64,000 bases of DNA from Campylobacterota bacterium (GTDB lineage Bacteria > Campylobacterota > Campylobacteria > Campylobacterales > Arcobacteraceae): the NCBI GenBank assembly GCA_051746405.1, contig JBNJFB010000001.1:64001-128000 (forward strand), given 5' to 3'. This document shows positions 1 through 10,138 of the stretch, in pieces (position 1 is the first letter of the stretch; each line of letters starts with the position of its first letter). The notes under the pieces are model-generated. The model had not been told where the DNA came from and made no database searches. It was given only the letters and a program-made list of their open reading frames with translations. A program made the translations under genes and the position numbers.

Positions 1-298
1 ATGATGCATTTAAAAGTTGTGCTTGTTTTATCTCAAATATTGTATTTTCAACTCTTATTTCTTTATAGAAACCTCTGTTGGCTATTGCATTTATAACACC
101 TCTTACTTCAGCTATATTACCATCTTGTAATAGAGGTTTTAAAGTCATACCCAAAGAGGTAGCTGTATCTTGAGCTTTTGTTATTGACTCTGTTTCTAAG
201 TACTCTTTTGTATTGTTTACACTAATTATAAAGTTCCCTGCAAATATCATAAAAAATATAAATGCAATGATTATATAAAGTTGTTTAGATAAAGACAT
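1..298 (-). CDS. 5' part of a LapD/MoxY-like membrane c-di-GMP receptor (runs off the window edge)
   Basis: Manual translation from ATG at 298: MSLSKQLYIIIAFIFFMIFAGNFIISVNNTKEYLETESITKAQDTATSLG. N-terminal TM helix plus the AQDTATSLG motif of LapD proteins; lies directly downstream of a LapG-like gene. Confidence 0.8.
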   Translation of the reverse strand, partial: MSLSKQLYIIIAFIFFMIFAGNFIISVNNTKEYLETESITKAQDTATSLGMTLKPLLQDGNIAEVRGVINAIANRGFYKEIRVENTIFEIKQAQLLNAS

Positions 299-308
299 TT
301 TTTTTCCT

Positions 309-959
309 TTAAATTCTACTCATTAGATTTTTCCAAGCTTTTAGATTATTTTCTCCAACTTTTACTGAACCTTTGTTTTTTGCTTGCCACAGTCCACTTG
401 CATTAAAACTGTAAATTGGTTTTAAGTCATCTCTTTTGTTTGCTAAAACTAATCTTTTATTAATATTATCTAATACAATGGGAGTTGTACCTGGTTTATG
501 AAAATATGTTAATACCATATGAGCCTGGTCATATTTACTATTTGCTTTTTGATAAGTAACATAGGTAATTCTTAGTTTGTTTTCAGGGACTCCTAGTTTT
601 CTTAAGCTAAAATATTTTGCAATTGCATAATCTTCACAATCACCTGCATTAGTACCCATAAACTCAAAAGGTGTAGCCCAGTAGTCATTTTTTTTCCAGT
701 GTACTGAGTCTCTTTTATAGGTTAGTTTATTAAAAAAATCATTTACATTCTTAAGTTTATATAGAATCTTTTTATTTTGCGTTTCTTGAAGCATTTTATC
801 CCATAGTATAACTCTTTTTTTAGCATTTTTACCATATTTTTTCTCTATTTGGGATAGTTTTTTATTTGTTATAAAAGATGTATTTGTAGCACTTGAGTTA
901 ATATATAAAATCAAGAAGATGCATAGAAAAGATTGTAAAACTATTTTCTTCAAATCCAT
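309..959 (-). CDS. lapG: LapG-like transglutaminase-like cysteine peptidase (BTLCP)
   Basis: Signal peptide, DYWATP, GDCEDYAIAKY (catalytic Cys), QAHMVL, VLDN; adjacent to the LapD-like gene. Confidence 0.88.
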   Translation of the reverse strand: MDLKKIVLQSFLCIFLILYINSSATNTSFITNKKLSQIEKKYGKNAKKRVILWDKMLQETQNKKILYKLKNVNDFFNKLTYKRDSVHWKKNDYWATPFEFMGTNAGDCEDYAIAKYFSLRKLGVPENKLRITYVTYQKANSKYDQAHMVLTYFHKPGTTPIVLDNINKRLVLANKRDDLKPIYSFNASGLWQAKNKGSVKVGENNLKAWKNLMSRI

Positions 960-998
960 CTCCTTGATTATTTATGTTAAATATATTCTATTTACTAT

Positions 999-2309
999 TT
1001 ACTTTAGAAGCTCTTTTATTTTCTGCTCACTTATAAGCTCTTGGTCATATTTAACTGCAATAACACCCTCTGTGTTATTTATATACCACTCATCAATAGA
1101 GTTTTCATCTAAACTTGATGTTTTACTCTTATCATAATCACTTAAAGCTAAATAAACAAACTTTTTCTTAGCAGGGTTTGGCATAGTAAGAATTAATATT
1201 GCCCAAATTGCACAAATAATAGCAATTGTAATTACTAATGTACTTAAAGTAACACTCTCAAAGAAAATACCACCAAGTAAACCTCCTAAAAAGGTTCCTA
1301 AGTAACCAAATGAGTTAAAAATACCAAGCACTAAACCTCTTTGGTGAACTTTTGCAAACTTTGTAGCAAGTGATTGCATAATAGGCTCATGCATATTAAA
1401 ACCAACAAAAAATATTACAACTCCTACCATAAAAGCAATGGCACTAGAACTAAGTCCAATAATTAAGTATGAAATAGCAAAAAATACAATTCCAATAATT
1501 AAAATCTCTTTGAACTTACCTTTTTTCTCTGCAATAATAGCAGCAGGAGCCATTGCTAAAAATCCAAAAATCATAGCAGGTAAGTAAACCTTCCACAACT
1601 CACTCATAGTCCATTCAAAACTATTAATTAATACCATTGGAATAATCATAAAAGCAAAAGTCATTAAACCTTTTTGTAAAAAGTTTGTTATATTCATCTT
1701 AATAAGATTTTGATTTTTCAAAATAGTTGAGAGTTTTGCTTTTTTATTGTAAGTATGTGTAATACTAGGAGGATTTGGAACTAATTTTACTAAAATCACA
1801 ATAGAAATTAGTGCTATAACTAAAGTAATATAAAATAAAACTTCAACTCCAAATGCAGCACCAATAGTAGGTCCAGCTAGCATTGAAACAGCAAAAGATA
1901 CACCTATAAACATGCCCATAGTAGCCATTGCTTTTGGTCTTTGCTCCTCTTTTACTAAGTCACTTATCATTGCAGTTACAACAGCACCAATTGCACCTGC
2001 ACCTTGTAGAAATCTTCCAAGCATTAAAGCCAAAATATCATTTGCTAGGGCACATATTAAAGAACCAATTGCAAATATTAAAAGCCCCATAATAATAGTG
2101 CCTTTTCTTCCTAACTTATCACTTATAATACCAAATGGTACTTGAAATATCATTTGAGTAAGAGCGTATCCACCTATTACAACACCCACTAAAGTAGTTG
2201 TTGCCCCTTCTAAATTTATAGCATATACTGATAATACTGGTAAAACTAAAAATAGACCTAAAAATCTTAGTGCAATAATTGAACTAAGAGGTAACACTGA
2301 TTTAATCAT
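999..2309 (-). CDS. MFS transporter (YajR-like)
   Basis: About 12 hydrophobic segments, MFS motif A GIISDKLGRK, GRFLQG, short soluble C-terminal domain. Confidence 0.9.
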   Translation of the reverse strand: MIKSVLPLSSIIALRFLGLFLVLPVLSVYAINLEGATTTLVGVVIGGYALTQMIFQVPFGIISDKLGRKGTIIMGLLIFAIGSLICALANDILALMLGRFLQGAGAIGAVVTAMISDLVKEEQRPKAMATMGMFIGVSFAVSMLAGPTIGAAFGVEVLFYITLVIALISIVILVKLVPNPPSITHTYNKKAKLSTILKNQNLIKMNITNFLQKGLMTFAFMIIPMVLINSFEWTMSELWKVYLPAMIFGFLAMAPAAIIAEKKGKFKEILIIGIVFFAISYLIIGLSSSAIAFMVGVVIFFVGFNMHEPIMQSLATKFAKVHQRGLVLGIFNSFGYLGTFLGGLLGGIFFESVTLSTLVITIAIICAIWAILILTMPNPAKKKFVYLALSDYDKSKTSSLDENSIDEWYINNTEGVIAVKYDQELISEQKIKELLK

Positions 2310-2367
2310 TTGTAATCCTAAATATAATATAATTTATTGCGATTATATATGATTAATCCTTAATACT

Positions 2368-2988
2368 TTGTTCAAAGGAAAAATAGTGAAAATAGTTTTA
2401 GCTTCAGGAAATAAAGGAAAAATAAAAGAGTTCGAAAAACTTCTACCACATGATGAGGTTATAGCTTTTAAAGAGATATTAGGAGCTTTAGAGATACAAG
2501 AAGATAAAGATACCTTTAAAGGAAATGCAATAAAAAAGGCACAAGTTATCTATGAAAAGCTTGTAAATAAAGGCTACAAAAACCACTTAGTTATCTCTGA
2601 TGATTCAGGAATTACAGTAAAGGCTTTAGGTAATGAACCTGGAGTTTATTCAGCAAGATATGCAGGTGAAAATGCAACCGATAAAGATAATAATGAAAAG
2701 ATGATAGAGAGGCTAAATGAGAAAAATATTAAAAGAACCTCTGCTTATTACACAGCATGTATAGCTATTGTTTTCCAAGGTGAAGTTTATACAGTACATG
2801 GATGGATGCATGGAGATGTAATTAATGAACAAAGAGGAGATAATGGCTTTGGTTATGACCCAATGTTTATACCAAAAGGTTTTGATAAAACCTTAGGTGA
2901 GTTACCCCATGAAGTAAAAAAAGAGTTTTCACATAGAAATAGGGCTTTAAAGTTAGCAAAAAAAGTTTTAGATGTTATTCTAAAATAA
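2368..2988 (+). CDS. rdgB: Non-canonical purine NTP pyrophosphatase (HAM1/RdgB); true start probably GTG near 2386
   Basis: [25 protein letters not shown] and SHR motifs. Confidence 0.95.
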   Translation: MFKGKIVKIVLASGNKGKIKEFEKLLPHDEVIAFKEILGALEIQEDKDTFKGNAIKKAQVIYEKLVNKGYKNHLVISDDSGITVKALGNEPGVYSARYAGENATDKDNNEKMIERLNEKNIKRTSAYYTACIAIVFQGEVYTVHGWMHGDVINEQRGDNGFGYDPMFIPKGFDKTLGELPHEVKKEFSHRNRALKLAKKVLDVILK

Positions 2989-3346
2989 AACTATCATGTA
3001 AACTTACGTTGTGGTTTTTTGATTTTATAAAAATATCTACTAAAAATTTGGAGTCTTTTTTATTTAAAAAGGCTTCAATATTAAAAAAACTATCATCAAG
3101 TGTTATCTTTTCTACAGTTTCAAGTTTACTTTTTTTTAGGGTTTTAATATAGCTTTTCAAAAAATCTTTGTGATTTTTAGCTTGAATATATAGATATTTT
3201 AACTCTAAAGTTTTATTGCTAAAAGCTTTGGTTTGCAAAATATTTATACTCAAAAAAGAAAAAATTGAGACTAAAAGAAGAGTAATCATAAGAGAAAATG
3301 CTTTTTTATTCAATTTTAAAACTCCAATCTTGAGATATTTTGTCAT
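2975..3346 (-). CDS. Small pseudopilin-like hypothetical protein
   Basis: [13 protein letters not shown] prepilin-like leader with hydrophobic helix; overlaps neighbours in an operon. Confidence 0.55.
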   Translation of the reverse strand: MTKYLKIGVLKLNKKAFSLMITLLLVSIFSFLSINILQTKAFSNKTLELKYLYIQAKNHKDFLKSYIKTLKKSKLETVEKITLDDSFFNIEAFLNKKDSKFLVDIFIKSKNHNVSLHDSFILE

Positions 3347-3656
3347 TGATTTTTATAGAAATATTTAAAATATTACTATTTATATTTATACTAAAGCTAC
3401 TTATATTTTTTAAAAGTAAGTTATTATCAAAGTATAGACTACTATTTTTATATGAGAGTCTATTTTGAATATTTAGTTTTTTCTCTAAAAAGAGTTTTGT
3501 TGATAAAAGTTCAAGCTTTTGTATCTGTGTTTGTTGCTTGTTGAAGTTCAAAAAGTGCAACTCTTTTATAAAAGTTGCTGAATAGACTATTATGATTGAA
3601 GATATAAATAGTGCTACTAATAGCTCTAATATAGAAAAACTATTTTTCATACTCAT
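3306..3656 (-). CDS. Prepilin-type N-terminal domain protein
   Basis: KNSFSILELLVAL matches the class III signal pattern (F-S-x-x-E, hydrophobic helix). Confidence 0.65.
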   Translation of the reverse strand: MSMKNSFSILELLVALFISSIIIVYSATFIKELHFLNFNKQQTQIQKLELLSTKLFLEKKLNIQNRLSYKNSSLYFDNNLLLKNISSFSININSNILNISIKINDKISQDWSFKIE

Positions 3657-3936
3657 ATTTGTATAGCTTTATTTTTGAAGAGTTATATTCATATTTTTTT
3701 ACTTTTACTGTTTCTACTGTAGAGTCATTAAAAGTTAAGTTTAGGTTTTTATTTTTTGAATCAAAAGTTTTGTAGCTACTTGTAGTAAAACTATTTTCTA
3801 AACTATTTAAGTCTTGAAACTTCTCATCACTCTTAGTATCAAAAGTGACTTTTAAAAAGCCAGTTGTAATGATACTAAGAATAGTTAGACTTAATATAGT
3901 TTCAAAAATTGAAAAACTATTTTTTTCCAAGCTCAC
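3640..3936 (-). CDS. Prepilin-type N-terminal domain protein
   Basis: KNSFSIFETILSL class III signal-like N-terminus; overlaps the 3' end of proC. Confidence 0.6.
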   Translation of the reverse strand: MSLEKNSFSIFETILSLTILSIITTGFLKVTFDTKSDEKFQDLNSLENSFTTSSYKTFDSKNKNLNLTFNDSTVETVKVKKYEYNSSKIKLYKYEYEK

Positions 3937-4681
3937 AAGCTTTGCTATATGATTGATTAATTGCTTTAATAAAGCTATCTCTTACTTTACCCTCTTCAAG
4001 TTTAGCAAACCCAGCTGCAGTTGTACCACCTGGACTCATAACTGAGTCTTTTATAATTGCAGGGTGTGCTGTTTTTAGTAAGTGAGATGTCCCCTCAAAT
4101 AGACCTTGGACTAGCTCATTACATATTCTTCTTTCAAGTCCAGCTGCAACTCCACCATCACTGATACTTTCTGCAACAAGTGCTAAAAATGCAGGTCCTG
4201 AACCTGCTATTGCTGAAGCAATATCAAGCTGTTTTTCAGTATTTACCCAAATTGATTTACCAATTGATGCAAAAATCTCTAAAGCAGAGTTTTTAGCTTC
4301 CTTATCACCTGTTATTGTTGTAGTTGAGTGTTGAACTGATGCTGCGATATTTGGCATAGTTCTTACATAAAGTCTAGCTTCAATCTGCTTTTTTAAAGAG
4401 TCTAAGGTAGTACCTGCTAAAACAGAAAATAGCATATTAGCTTTTCCTGTAAGTCTTGCTGATACACTGTGTAAAGCATAAGGTTTTACACAAAAAATTA
4501 CATTTTTATTTGTAATATTTTCACTGTCTTCTAACTCTTTGATACTAATTTTAGGAATATTTTCTTGAATCTCTTTTAATTTATTAATATCTCTTCCAAT
4601 TATTTCTACTTCGTGATTATTTACTAAACCTTTTGCTAAAGATTGTGCCATAATCCCATTACCTATTAAAGTTAGTCTCAT
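3917..4681 (-). CDS. proC: Pyrroline-5-carboxylate reductase
   Basis: IGNGIMA dinucleotide fold, VKP, RTMPN, GSGPAF, SPGGTT motifs. Confidence 0.96.
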   Translation of the reverse strand: MRLTLIGNGIMAQSLAKGLVNNHEVEIIGRDINKLKEIQENIPKISIKELEDSENITNKNVIFCVKPYALHSVSARLTGKANMLFSVLAGTTLDSLKKQIEARLYVRTMPNIAASVQHSTTTITGDKEAKNSALEIFASIGKSIWVNTEKQLDIASAIAGSGPAFLALVAESISDGGVAAGLERRICNELVQGLFEGTSHLLKTAHPAIIKDSVMSPGGTTAAGFAKLEEGKVRDSFIKAINQSYSKACELGKK

Positions 4682-4771
4682 TTTAAACCTTTTTTATTAT
4701 TTTTATTATTATAGCAGATAAAACATAAGCTAGTATTAGTTAAAATACCAATTTAAAGAAAGGATTATAAT

Positions 4772-5431
4772 ATGACAAGAAGCTTTAATGTAAGAACTTT
4801 TTTATTAGCACTAAGCATTGTATTTGTTTTTGCAGCGTGTTCAAGTAAAGATGAAATCTCTACAGAATACAACAAGCCAGCTATATACTGGTATAACAAG
4901 ATGATAGATCAAATATCATTTGGTGATATTGATTTAGCTGATGACACTTATACATCTTTAGAGAGTGAACATAGAAATTCACCTTTAATCCCAACAGCTA
5001 TTTTGATTTTGGTAAATGCACATATTGATGCAGAAGAGTATGCTTTAGCAAATTTTTATTTAGATGAATATATAAAGAGATTTACATTAAGTAAAAATAT
5101 TGATTATGCTAGATACTTGAAAATTAAAGCTAATTTTCTAGGGTTTGCTTATCAAAATAGAGATCAAAAACTCTTAGAAGAGACTATTAAAGATATAAAA
5201 GAGTTCAAAATGAGATATAGTTCATCTGCATATATCCCATTAGTTGATACAATGAATGCAAGGCTACATATGGCTAAAGCACTTTTAGATGAAGAGATTG
5301 CAAAACTGTATGAGAAAAAAGGCAAAGAAAAAGCAGCACAAATATATAGACAAAGAGTAAAAGACTCTTGGGTTAACCCAGAAAATATAGTACCTGTTGA
5401 GGTACCATTTTATAGAGCAATTTTTGAATAA
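4772..5431 (+). CDS. bamD: Outer membrane protein assembly factor BamD
   Basis: Lipobox FAAC, TPR-like helices, position directly upstream of lon. Confidence 0.85.
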   Translation: MTRSFNVRTFLLALSIVFVFAACSSKDEISTEYNKPAIYWYNKMIDQISFGDIDLADDTYTSLESEHRNSPLIPTAILILVNAHIDAEEYALANFYLDEYIKRFTLSKNIDYARYLKIKANFLGFAYQNRDQKLLEETIKDIKEFKMRYSSSAYIPLVDTMNARLHMAKALLDEEIAKLYEKKGKEKAAQIYRQRVKDSWVNPENIVPVEVPFYRAIFE

Positions 5432-5458
5432 TAGATTTTAGGACATTTAGGAGTAAGT

Positions 5459-7876
5459 ATGGAATTAGAAAATTACGATAATTTCCCACAAGATATACCA
5501 TTAATCATAGAAGATGATGTTTTTTTATACCCTTTTATGATAGCTCCACTTTTTTTACATAGTGATGAGAATATTAGTGCAGTTGAGCAAGCTATTGATG
5601 AAAATAAGCTTGTAATGGTAGCTGTATCAAAGCAGGGCAAAGAGGGTAAAAGAGAAGAAGATAGTTTTTATGATGTTGGTGTTGTAGGAAATATCATGAG
5701 AAAAGTAGCTTTACCTGATGGTAAAATAAAGGTACTTTTTCAAGGACTTACAAAAGGAAAGATTGAAAAGTTTGAATCTTCAAACCCTATTAGATGTGAG
5801 GTGGATATATTACATCCACAAGAGCATAATGAACAAAGTATTAAATCAGTTATTGATGTTTTAATTGAACAAGTTAAAAAACTATCTAAAATAAATCCAA
5901 AGTTTCCAACTGATTTAGTAAAAACAATTGAGGAAAATGATGATGCAACTAGAATTGCTGATTTAATCTCATCTGTTTTAAAAGTTAAAAAAAGTGAAGC
6001 TTATAAGCTGTTTTCACAAACAGATGTTGAAAAAAGGCTTTTAGATATAATTGAGGTAATAAAAAAAGAGATAGAGTCTTTTAAAATTCAAAAAGAGATA
6101 ACTCAAAAAGTTAACTCTAAAATAGAAAAAACTCATAAAGATTACTTTTTAAAAGAGCAGATAAAAGCTATTCAAAATGAGCTTGGAACTGATAATAAAA
6201 AAGATGAAGAGATAAAATCTTATAAAAAAAGATTAAAAAAGCTTAAAAAGCATATGCCAAAAGATGGGTATAAAGAGACTAAAAAACAGATTGAAAAGTT
6301 AAGTAGAATGCACCCAGACTCACCTGATGCTTCACTTTTACAAACCTATATTGAACAGGTTTTAGATGTTCCATTTGGTGATTATGCAGATGAGAAAATA
6401 TCTGTTGAAAATGTTGAAAAACAGTTAAACATAGACCACTACTCCCTTGAGAAACCAAAAGAGAGAATCTCTGAATATTTTGCAGTAAAACAGTTACTTG
6501 AGCAAAGGAATATTGTAAATCAAAAGTCAAATGGAACAGTACTTTGTTTTGTAGGACCTCCAGGTGTTGGTAAAACTTCACTTGCAAACTCAATATCACA
6601 AGCACTTCATAGGCCACTTGTAAGAATAGCACTTGGTGGAATGGAAGATGTAAATGAGCTTAGAGGTCATAGACGAACTTATGTGGGAGCTATGCCAGGA
6701 AGACTTGTAAAGGGATTAATTGATGCAAAGAAAATGAATCCTGTAATGGTTTTAGATGAGATTGATAAAGTAGGGGCAAATCATAGAGGTGATCCATCTG
6801 CTGTTATGTTAGAAGTATTAGACCCTGAACAAAACAATGAGTTTAGGGATTTATACTTAAACTTTGCTATTGATTTATCACAAGTTATATTTGTATCAAC
6901 AGCAAATGATGCTAGAAGAATTCCACCTGCATTAAAAGATAGAATGGAGTTTATTCATATTTCATCATATACTCCAAATGAAAAGTATCATATTGCAAAA
7001 GATTATCTAATACCACAAGAGTTAGAAAAACATGGACTTAAAAAGAGTGAAATATCACTATCTAAAGCAACAATTGATGCAATAATTTCAAAATATACAA
7101 GGGAAGCTGGAGTTAGAAATTTAAGAAGGGTATTTTCTAAACTCTTTAGAAAAGCAGCAAAGAAAATTTTAGTAGAAGAGAAATCACAAAAGGTTTCTAT
7201 TACAACTAAAAACTTAAAATCATACTTAGAAAACCCTGTGTTTGAAATAGACCCAGCTGATAAGAAAAACTACATAGGTATTGCTAATGGCTTAGCTTGG
7301 ACAGCAGTAGGTGGAGATGTTTTAAAAACAGAAGCTATTAAGTTAAGAGGTAAGGGAATGTTATCTGTTACTGGTAATTTAGGTGATGTTATGAAAGAAT
7401 CATCTAGAATCTCTTACTCTGTTGTTAAAGTATTAATTGATGATGGTTTATTAAAAATTGATGAACAGATTATTCCAAAAACTTATAAAGAGAAAGAGGA
7501 AGATACAAAAGTAGATGCTAGTGAAGTTTATAAAAGATATGATATTCACTTACATATTCCAGAAGGAGCTACTCCAAAAGATGGTCCTAGTGCAGGTATT
7601 ACTATGGCATTAACTATTGCATCTATTTTAAGTCAAAGGGAAATAAAATCAGATATAGCAATGACAGGTGAGCTTACACTATCTGGAAAAGTCTTGCCAA
7701 TAGGTGGACTAAAAGAGAAATTAATTGCAGCTCATAAAGCTAAGATGAAAAAAGCACTAATACCTAAGAAAAACTATGAAAGAGACTTAGATGAAATACC
7801 TGATGAGGTTAAAAAATCTTTAGAAATTAAAGCTGTTAATACTATTGAGGATGTATTAAAAGAAGCTTTAGTTTAA
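5459..7876 (+). CDS. lon: ATP-dependent Lon protease
   Basis: GPPGVGKT Walker A, GHRRTYVGAMPG, LDEIDK Walker B, PKDGPSAG catalytic Ser. Confidence 0.98.
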   Translation: MELENYDNFPQDIPLIIEDDVFLYPFMIAPLFLHSDENISAVEQAIDENKLVMVAVSKQGKEGKREEDSFYDVGVVGNIMRKVALPDGKIKVLFQGLTKGKIEKFESSNPIRCEVDILHPQEHNEQSIKSVIDVLIEQVKKLSKINPKFPTDLVKTIEENDDATRIADLISSVLKVKKSEAYKLFSQTDVEKRLLDIIEVIKKEIESFKIQKEITQKVNSKIEKTHKDYFLKEQIKAIQNELGTDNKKDEEIKSYKKRLKKLKKHMPKDGYKETKKQIEKLSRMHPDSPDASLLQTYIEQVLDVPFGDYADEKISVENVEKQLNIDHYSLEKPKERISEYFAVKQLLEQRNIVNQKSNGTVLCFVGPPGVGKTSLANSISQALHRPLVRIALGGMEDVNELRGHRRTYVGAMPGRLVKGLIDAKKMNPVMVLDEIDKVGANHRGDPSAVMLEVLDPEQNNEFRDLYLNFAIDLSQVIFVSTANDARRIPPALKDRMEFIHISSYTPNEKYHIAKDYLIPQELEKHGLKKSEISLSKATIDAIISKYTREAGVRNLRRVFSKLFRKAAKKILVEEKSQKVSITTKNLKSYLENPVFEIDPADKKNYIGIANGLAWTAVGGDVLKTEAIKLRGKGMLSVTGNLGDVMKESSRISYSVVKVLIDDGLLKIDEQIIPKTYKEKEEDTKVDASEVYKRYDIHLHIPEGATPKDGPSAGITMALTIASILSQREIKSDIAMTGELTLSGKVLPIGGLKEKLIAAHKAKMKKALIPKKNYERDLDEIPDEVKKSLEIKAVNTIEDVLKEALV

Positions 7877-7891
7877 TAATAAGGTAAACAT

Positions 7892-8482
7892 TTGAGACAG
7901 CAAAAGCAAAGTCAAGTTATAAATAACTTCTTTACTTTTGCTTCTATAGTAATCATATCTATTTCACTTATTTTATACTCAGAGTATATTCTAAAAGATG
8001 AGCCAATACAAATTAAAAAACAAAAGGTTCAACCTCTAGCTTGCCAAAGCGATACTTTAACTAAATATCAAATATATAACCAAGAGTTATTAAATGAATC
8101 ACTAAAAGCTTTGCAAAAAGGCTACTATAAGTTAAATGCAAAAGTTAATAAAGCAGACTCAAACTCTTGGGCTTTCAAAGATTTTATGAGCAAAAAGGAG
8201 CTAAAATCCTACTTTATAATGCAAATAGGTAAAAAGCCCAAAGAGAATATAAAAAAGTATTTGAGTATTGATTATTCAGTAATTGAAAAGTCAAGTAGTG
8301 CTAAGGTTGATTCTATAAAAAGAGGTGAGTTCTACTCAGGTTCATTTTTAGTTACATTTAAAGCAGATGAAAAAAAAATATTTAAGATATTCACTGATTT
8401 TAGATTTTATGAAAAAAGTGAAATAAAATCTAGAGTAGAGTGTATAATAAATGTTTATAAAAACAATGCTAAGAAGTTATAG
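7892..8482 (+). CDS. Hypothetical membrane-anchored protein
   Basis: Single N-terminal TM helix, in operon with lon; no recognised motif. Confidence 0.65.
   Translation: MRQQKQSQVINNFFTFASIVIISISLILYSEYILKDEPIQIKKQKVQPLACQSDTLTKYQIYNQELLNESLKALQKGYYKLNAKVNKADSNSWAFKDFMSKKELKSYFIMQIGKKPKENIKKYLSIDYSVIEKSSSAKVDSIKRGEFYSGSFLVTFKADEKKIFKIFTDFRFYEKSEIKSRVECIINVYKNNAKKL
8460..8481 (+). repeat. 22-bp direct repeat, left copy (AAAACAATGCTAAGAAGTTATA)
   Basis: Identical to 9432-9453. Confidence 0.9.
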
Positions 8483-8545
8483 TTAACTTTTGCTATTAGA
8501 AGTCTTTATATGATAGAATTAAGTATTTTAAATAAAAGGAATATT

Positions 8546-9433
8546 ATGAAGTTTGCAGATCCAAAAAATGATTTAGCATTTAAAAAAATATTTGGAAATA
8601 CACAGCACAAAAATATATTAATCTCTTTTTTAAACTCTGTTCTTGATTTTGAGGGAATAAAAGAGATTATAGATGTATCACTTGCAAATCCTTATCAAGT
8701 GCCTAAAATACCTGAACTTAAAGAGACTATTCTTGATATCAAAGCTACTAATAAAAACGGTGAATCTTTTATAGTAGAAATGCAAAAAAAGGATTTGGGT
8801 GACTTTACCAAACGAAGTTTATATTATACTTCAAAAGCTTATGTACAGCAACTTCCAAAAGGTAATAACTATACCGTACTTAAAAAAGTTTACTTTATAG
8901 GAATACTTAATTTCAATATCTTTGATAACAAAAGTTATATTTCAAGACATCTTATTATTAATCAAGAAACAAATACTCAAGACCTAGATGATTTTGAGTT
9001 TAGTTTTATAGAGTTACCAAAGTTTACGAAAAAATTAGATGAGTTAAATAGCGTACTTGATAAATGGATTTATTTTATTCAAAATGCTTCTAATTTAACA
9101 GTGATACCATCTGAATATGAGAAGTTTCAAGAGTTTCAAGAAGCTTTTACTATTGCTACACAAACTAGTTGGGATAAAAAAGAGTTAGAGGTATATGAAT
9201 ATATGTGTTTAAAAGAGTTTGATGAATTAAATGCACTTAAAACAGCAGAAAAAAAAGGTATAGAAAAAGGCATGGAAAAAGGCATGGAAAAAGGCATGGA
9301 AAAAGGCATGGAAAAAGGAAAAAAAGATGAAAAAATTGCTATTGCGAAAAGTCTTCTAGATATCTTAGATGATGATACTATTGCTTTAAAAACTGGACTT
9401 GATGCAAAATTAGTTCAAAATTTAAGAAAATAA
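8546..9433 (+). CDS. Rpn family PD-(D/E)xK recombination-promoting nuclease/putative transposase (ORF opens at 8510; SD-supported ATG at 8546)
   Basis: DPKNDLAFKKIFG, ILDIKA, IVEMQ, RSLYY, FIELPKF, C-terminal EKG repeats and IALKTGL tail. Confidence 0.92.
   Translation: MKFADPKNDLAFKKIFGNTQHKNILISFLNSVLDFEGIKEIIDVSLANPYQVPKIPELKETILDIKATNKNGESFIVEMQKKDLGDFTKRSLYYTSKAYVQQLPKGNNYTVLKKVYFIGILNFNIFDNKSYISRHLIINQETNTQDLDDFEFSFIELPKFTKKLDELNSVLDKWIYFIQNASNLTVIPSEYEKFQEFQEAFTIATQTSWDKKELEVYEYMCLKEFDELNALKTAEKKGIEKGMEKGMEKGMEKGMEKGKKDEKIAIAKSLLDILDDDTIALKTGLDAKLVQNLRK
9251..9319 (+). repeat. 12-bp coding tandem repeat (GAAAAAGGCATG)x4 with two degenerate flanking units, encoding EKGM
   Basis: Perfect units at 9263-9310. 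Confidence 0.95.
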
Positions 9434-9453
9434 AACAATGCTAAGAAGTTATA
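9432..9453 (+). repeat. 22-bp direct repeat, right copy; contains the rhomboid start codon
   Basis: Identical to 8460-8481. Confidence 0.9.
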
Positions 9454-9977
9454 ATAGAAGTAATTTTACAGCTGTAAATATCATAATAGGTGTAACAGTT
9501 CTTTTTTATTTTATTCAAATAAGTATGAATAATGGTGGTTTATTTTTCGGACTGAATATATATTTTTCTGCATATGACTTTTGGTGGCAGCCACTTTCTA
9601 CAATGTTTGCCCATGGTGGTTTAATGCACTTAGCAATGAATATGTTTGTACTATATCAGTTTGGAAGTTTGATTGAGAGATATAAAGGCAGCTATGAGTT
9701 TATAACTCTATATTTTTTATGTGGTATATTAACTTCACTATTGTCATATGCATATATCTATTTTTTGGATAATCAAGTAAATCTAGTTGGTGCATCAGGT
9801 GCAATATGTGCACTTCTTGGTTATGTTGCATATCTTGATAGAAGCCAAAGAAGCGGAATAATAACCTGGGTTTTATTAATCTCAGTAGCCCCTTTAATAA
9901 TAGGTCTTCCTATTGCATGGTATGCACACTTTATAGGATTAGGATTAGGTTTTTTATATGCACTTATTAGAGGTTAG
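9438..9977 (+). CDS. Rhomboid family intramembrane serine protease
   Basis: HGGLMHLAMNM, GASG catalytic Ser, AHFIG catalytic His. Confidence 0.93.
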   Translation: MLRSYNRSNFTAVNIIIGVTVLFYFIQISMNNGGLFFGLNIYFSAYDFWWQPLSTMFAHGGLMHLAMNMFVLYQFGSLIERYKGSYEFITLYFLCGILTSLLSYAYIYFLDNQVNLVGASGAICALLGYVAYLDRSQRSGIITWVLLISVAPLIIGLPIAWYAHFIGLGLGFLYALIRG

Positions 9978-10138
9978 TTGAAATTCACAACAAAAGTAAC
10001 TATACTCATAATCACTAAAACAATAGCTAAAGAGATAAAAACATCTTTTAGTGTTACTGTTGGGTTTAAAATCCCACAGTATGGGCACTGTCTCTTTTTA
10101 GGTTGAATATCTCTTTTACAGTTTTTGCAAGTAGCTAT
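9974..10138 (-). CDS. Unlisted 54-aa zinc-ribbon plus TM protein with apparent ATA start (or start-codon mutant)
   Basis: Manual translation (I/M)ATCKNCKRDIQPKKRQCPYCGILNPTVTLKDVFISLAIVLVIMSIVTFVVNFN; AAGGA SD 6 nt before ATA; in-frame TAA just upstream. Confidence 0.6.
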   Translation of the reverse strand: MATCKNCKRDIQPKKRQCPYCGILNPTVTLKDVFISLAIVLVIMSIVTFVVNFN

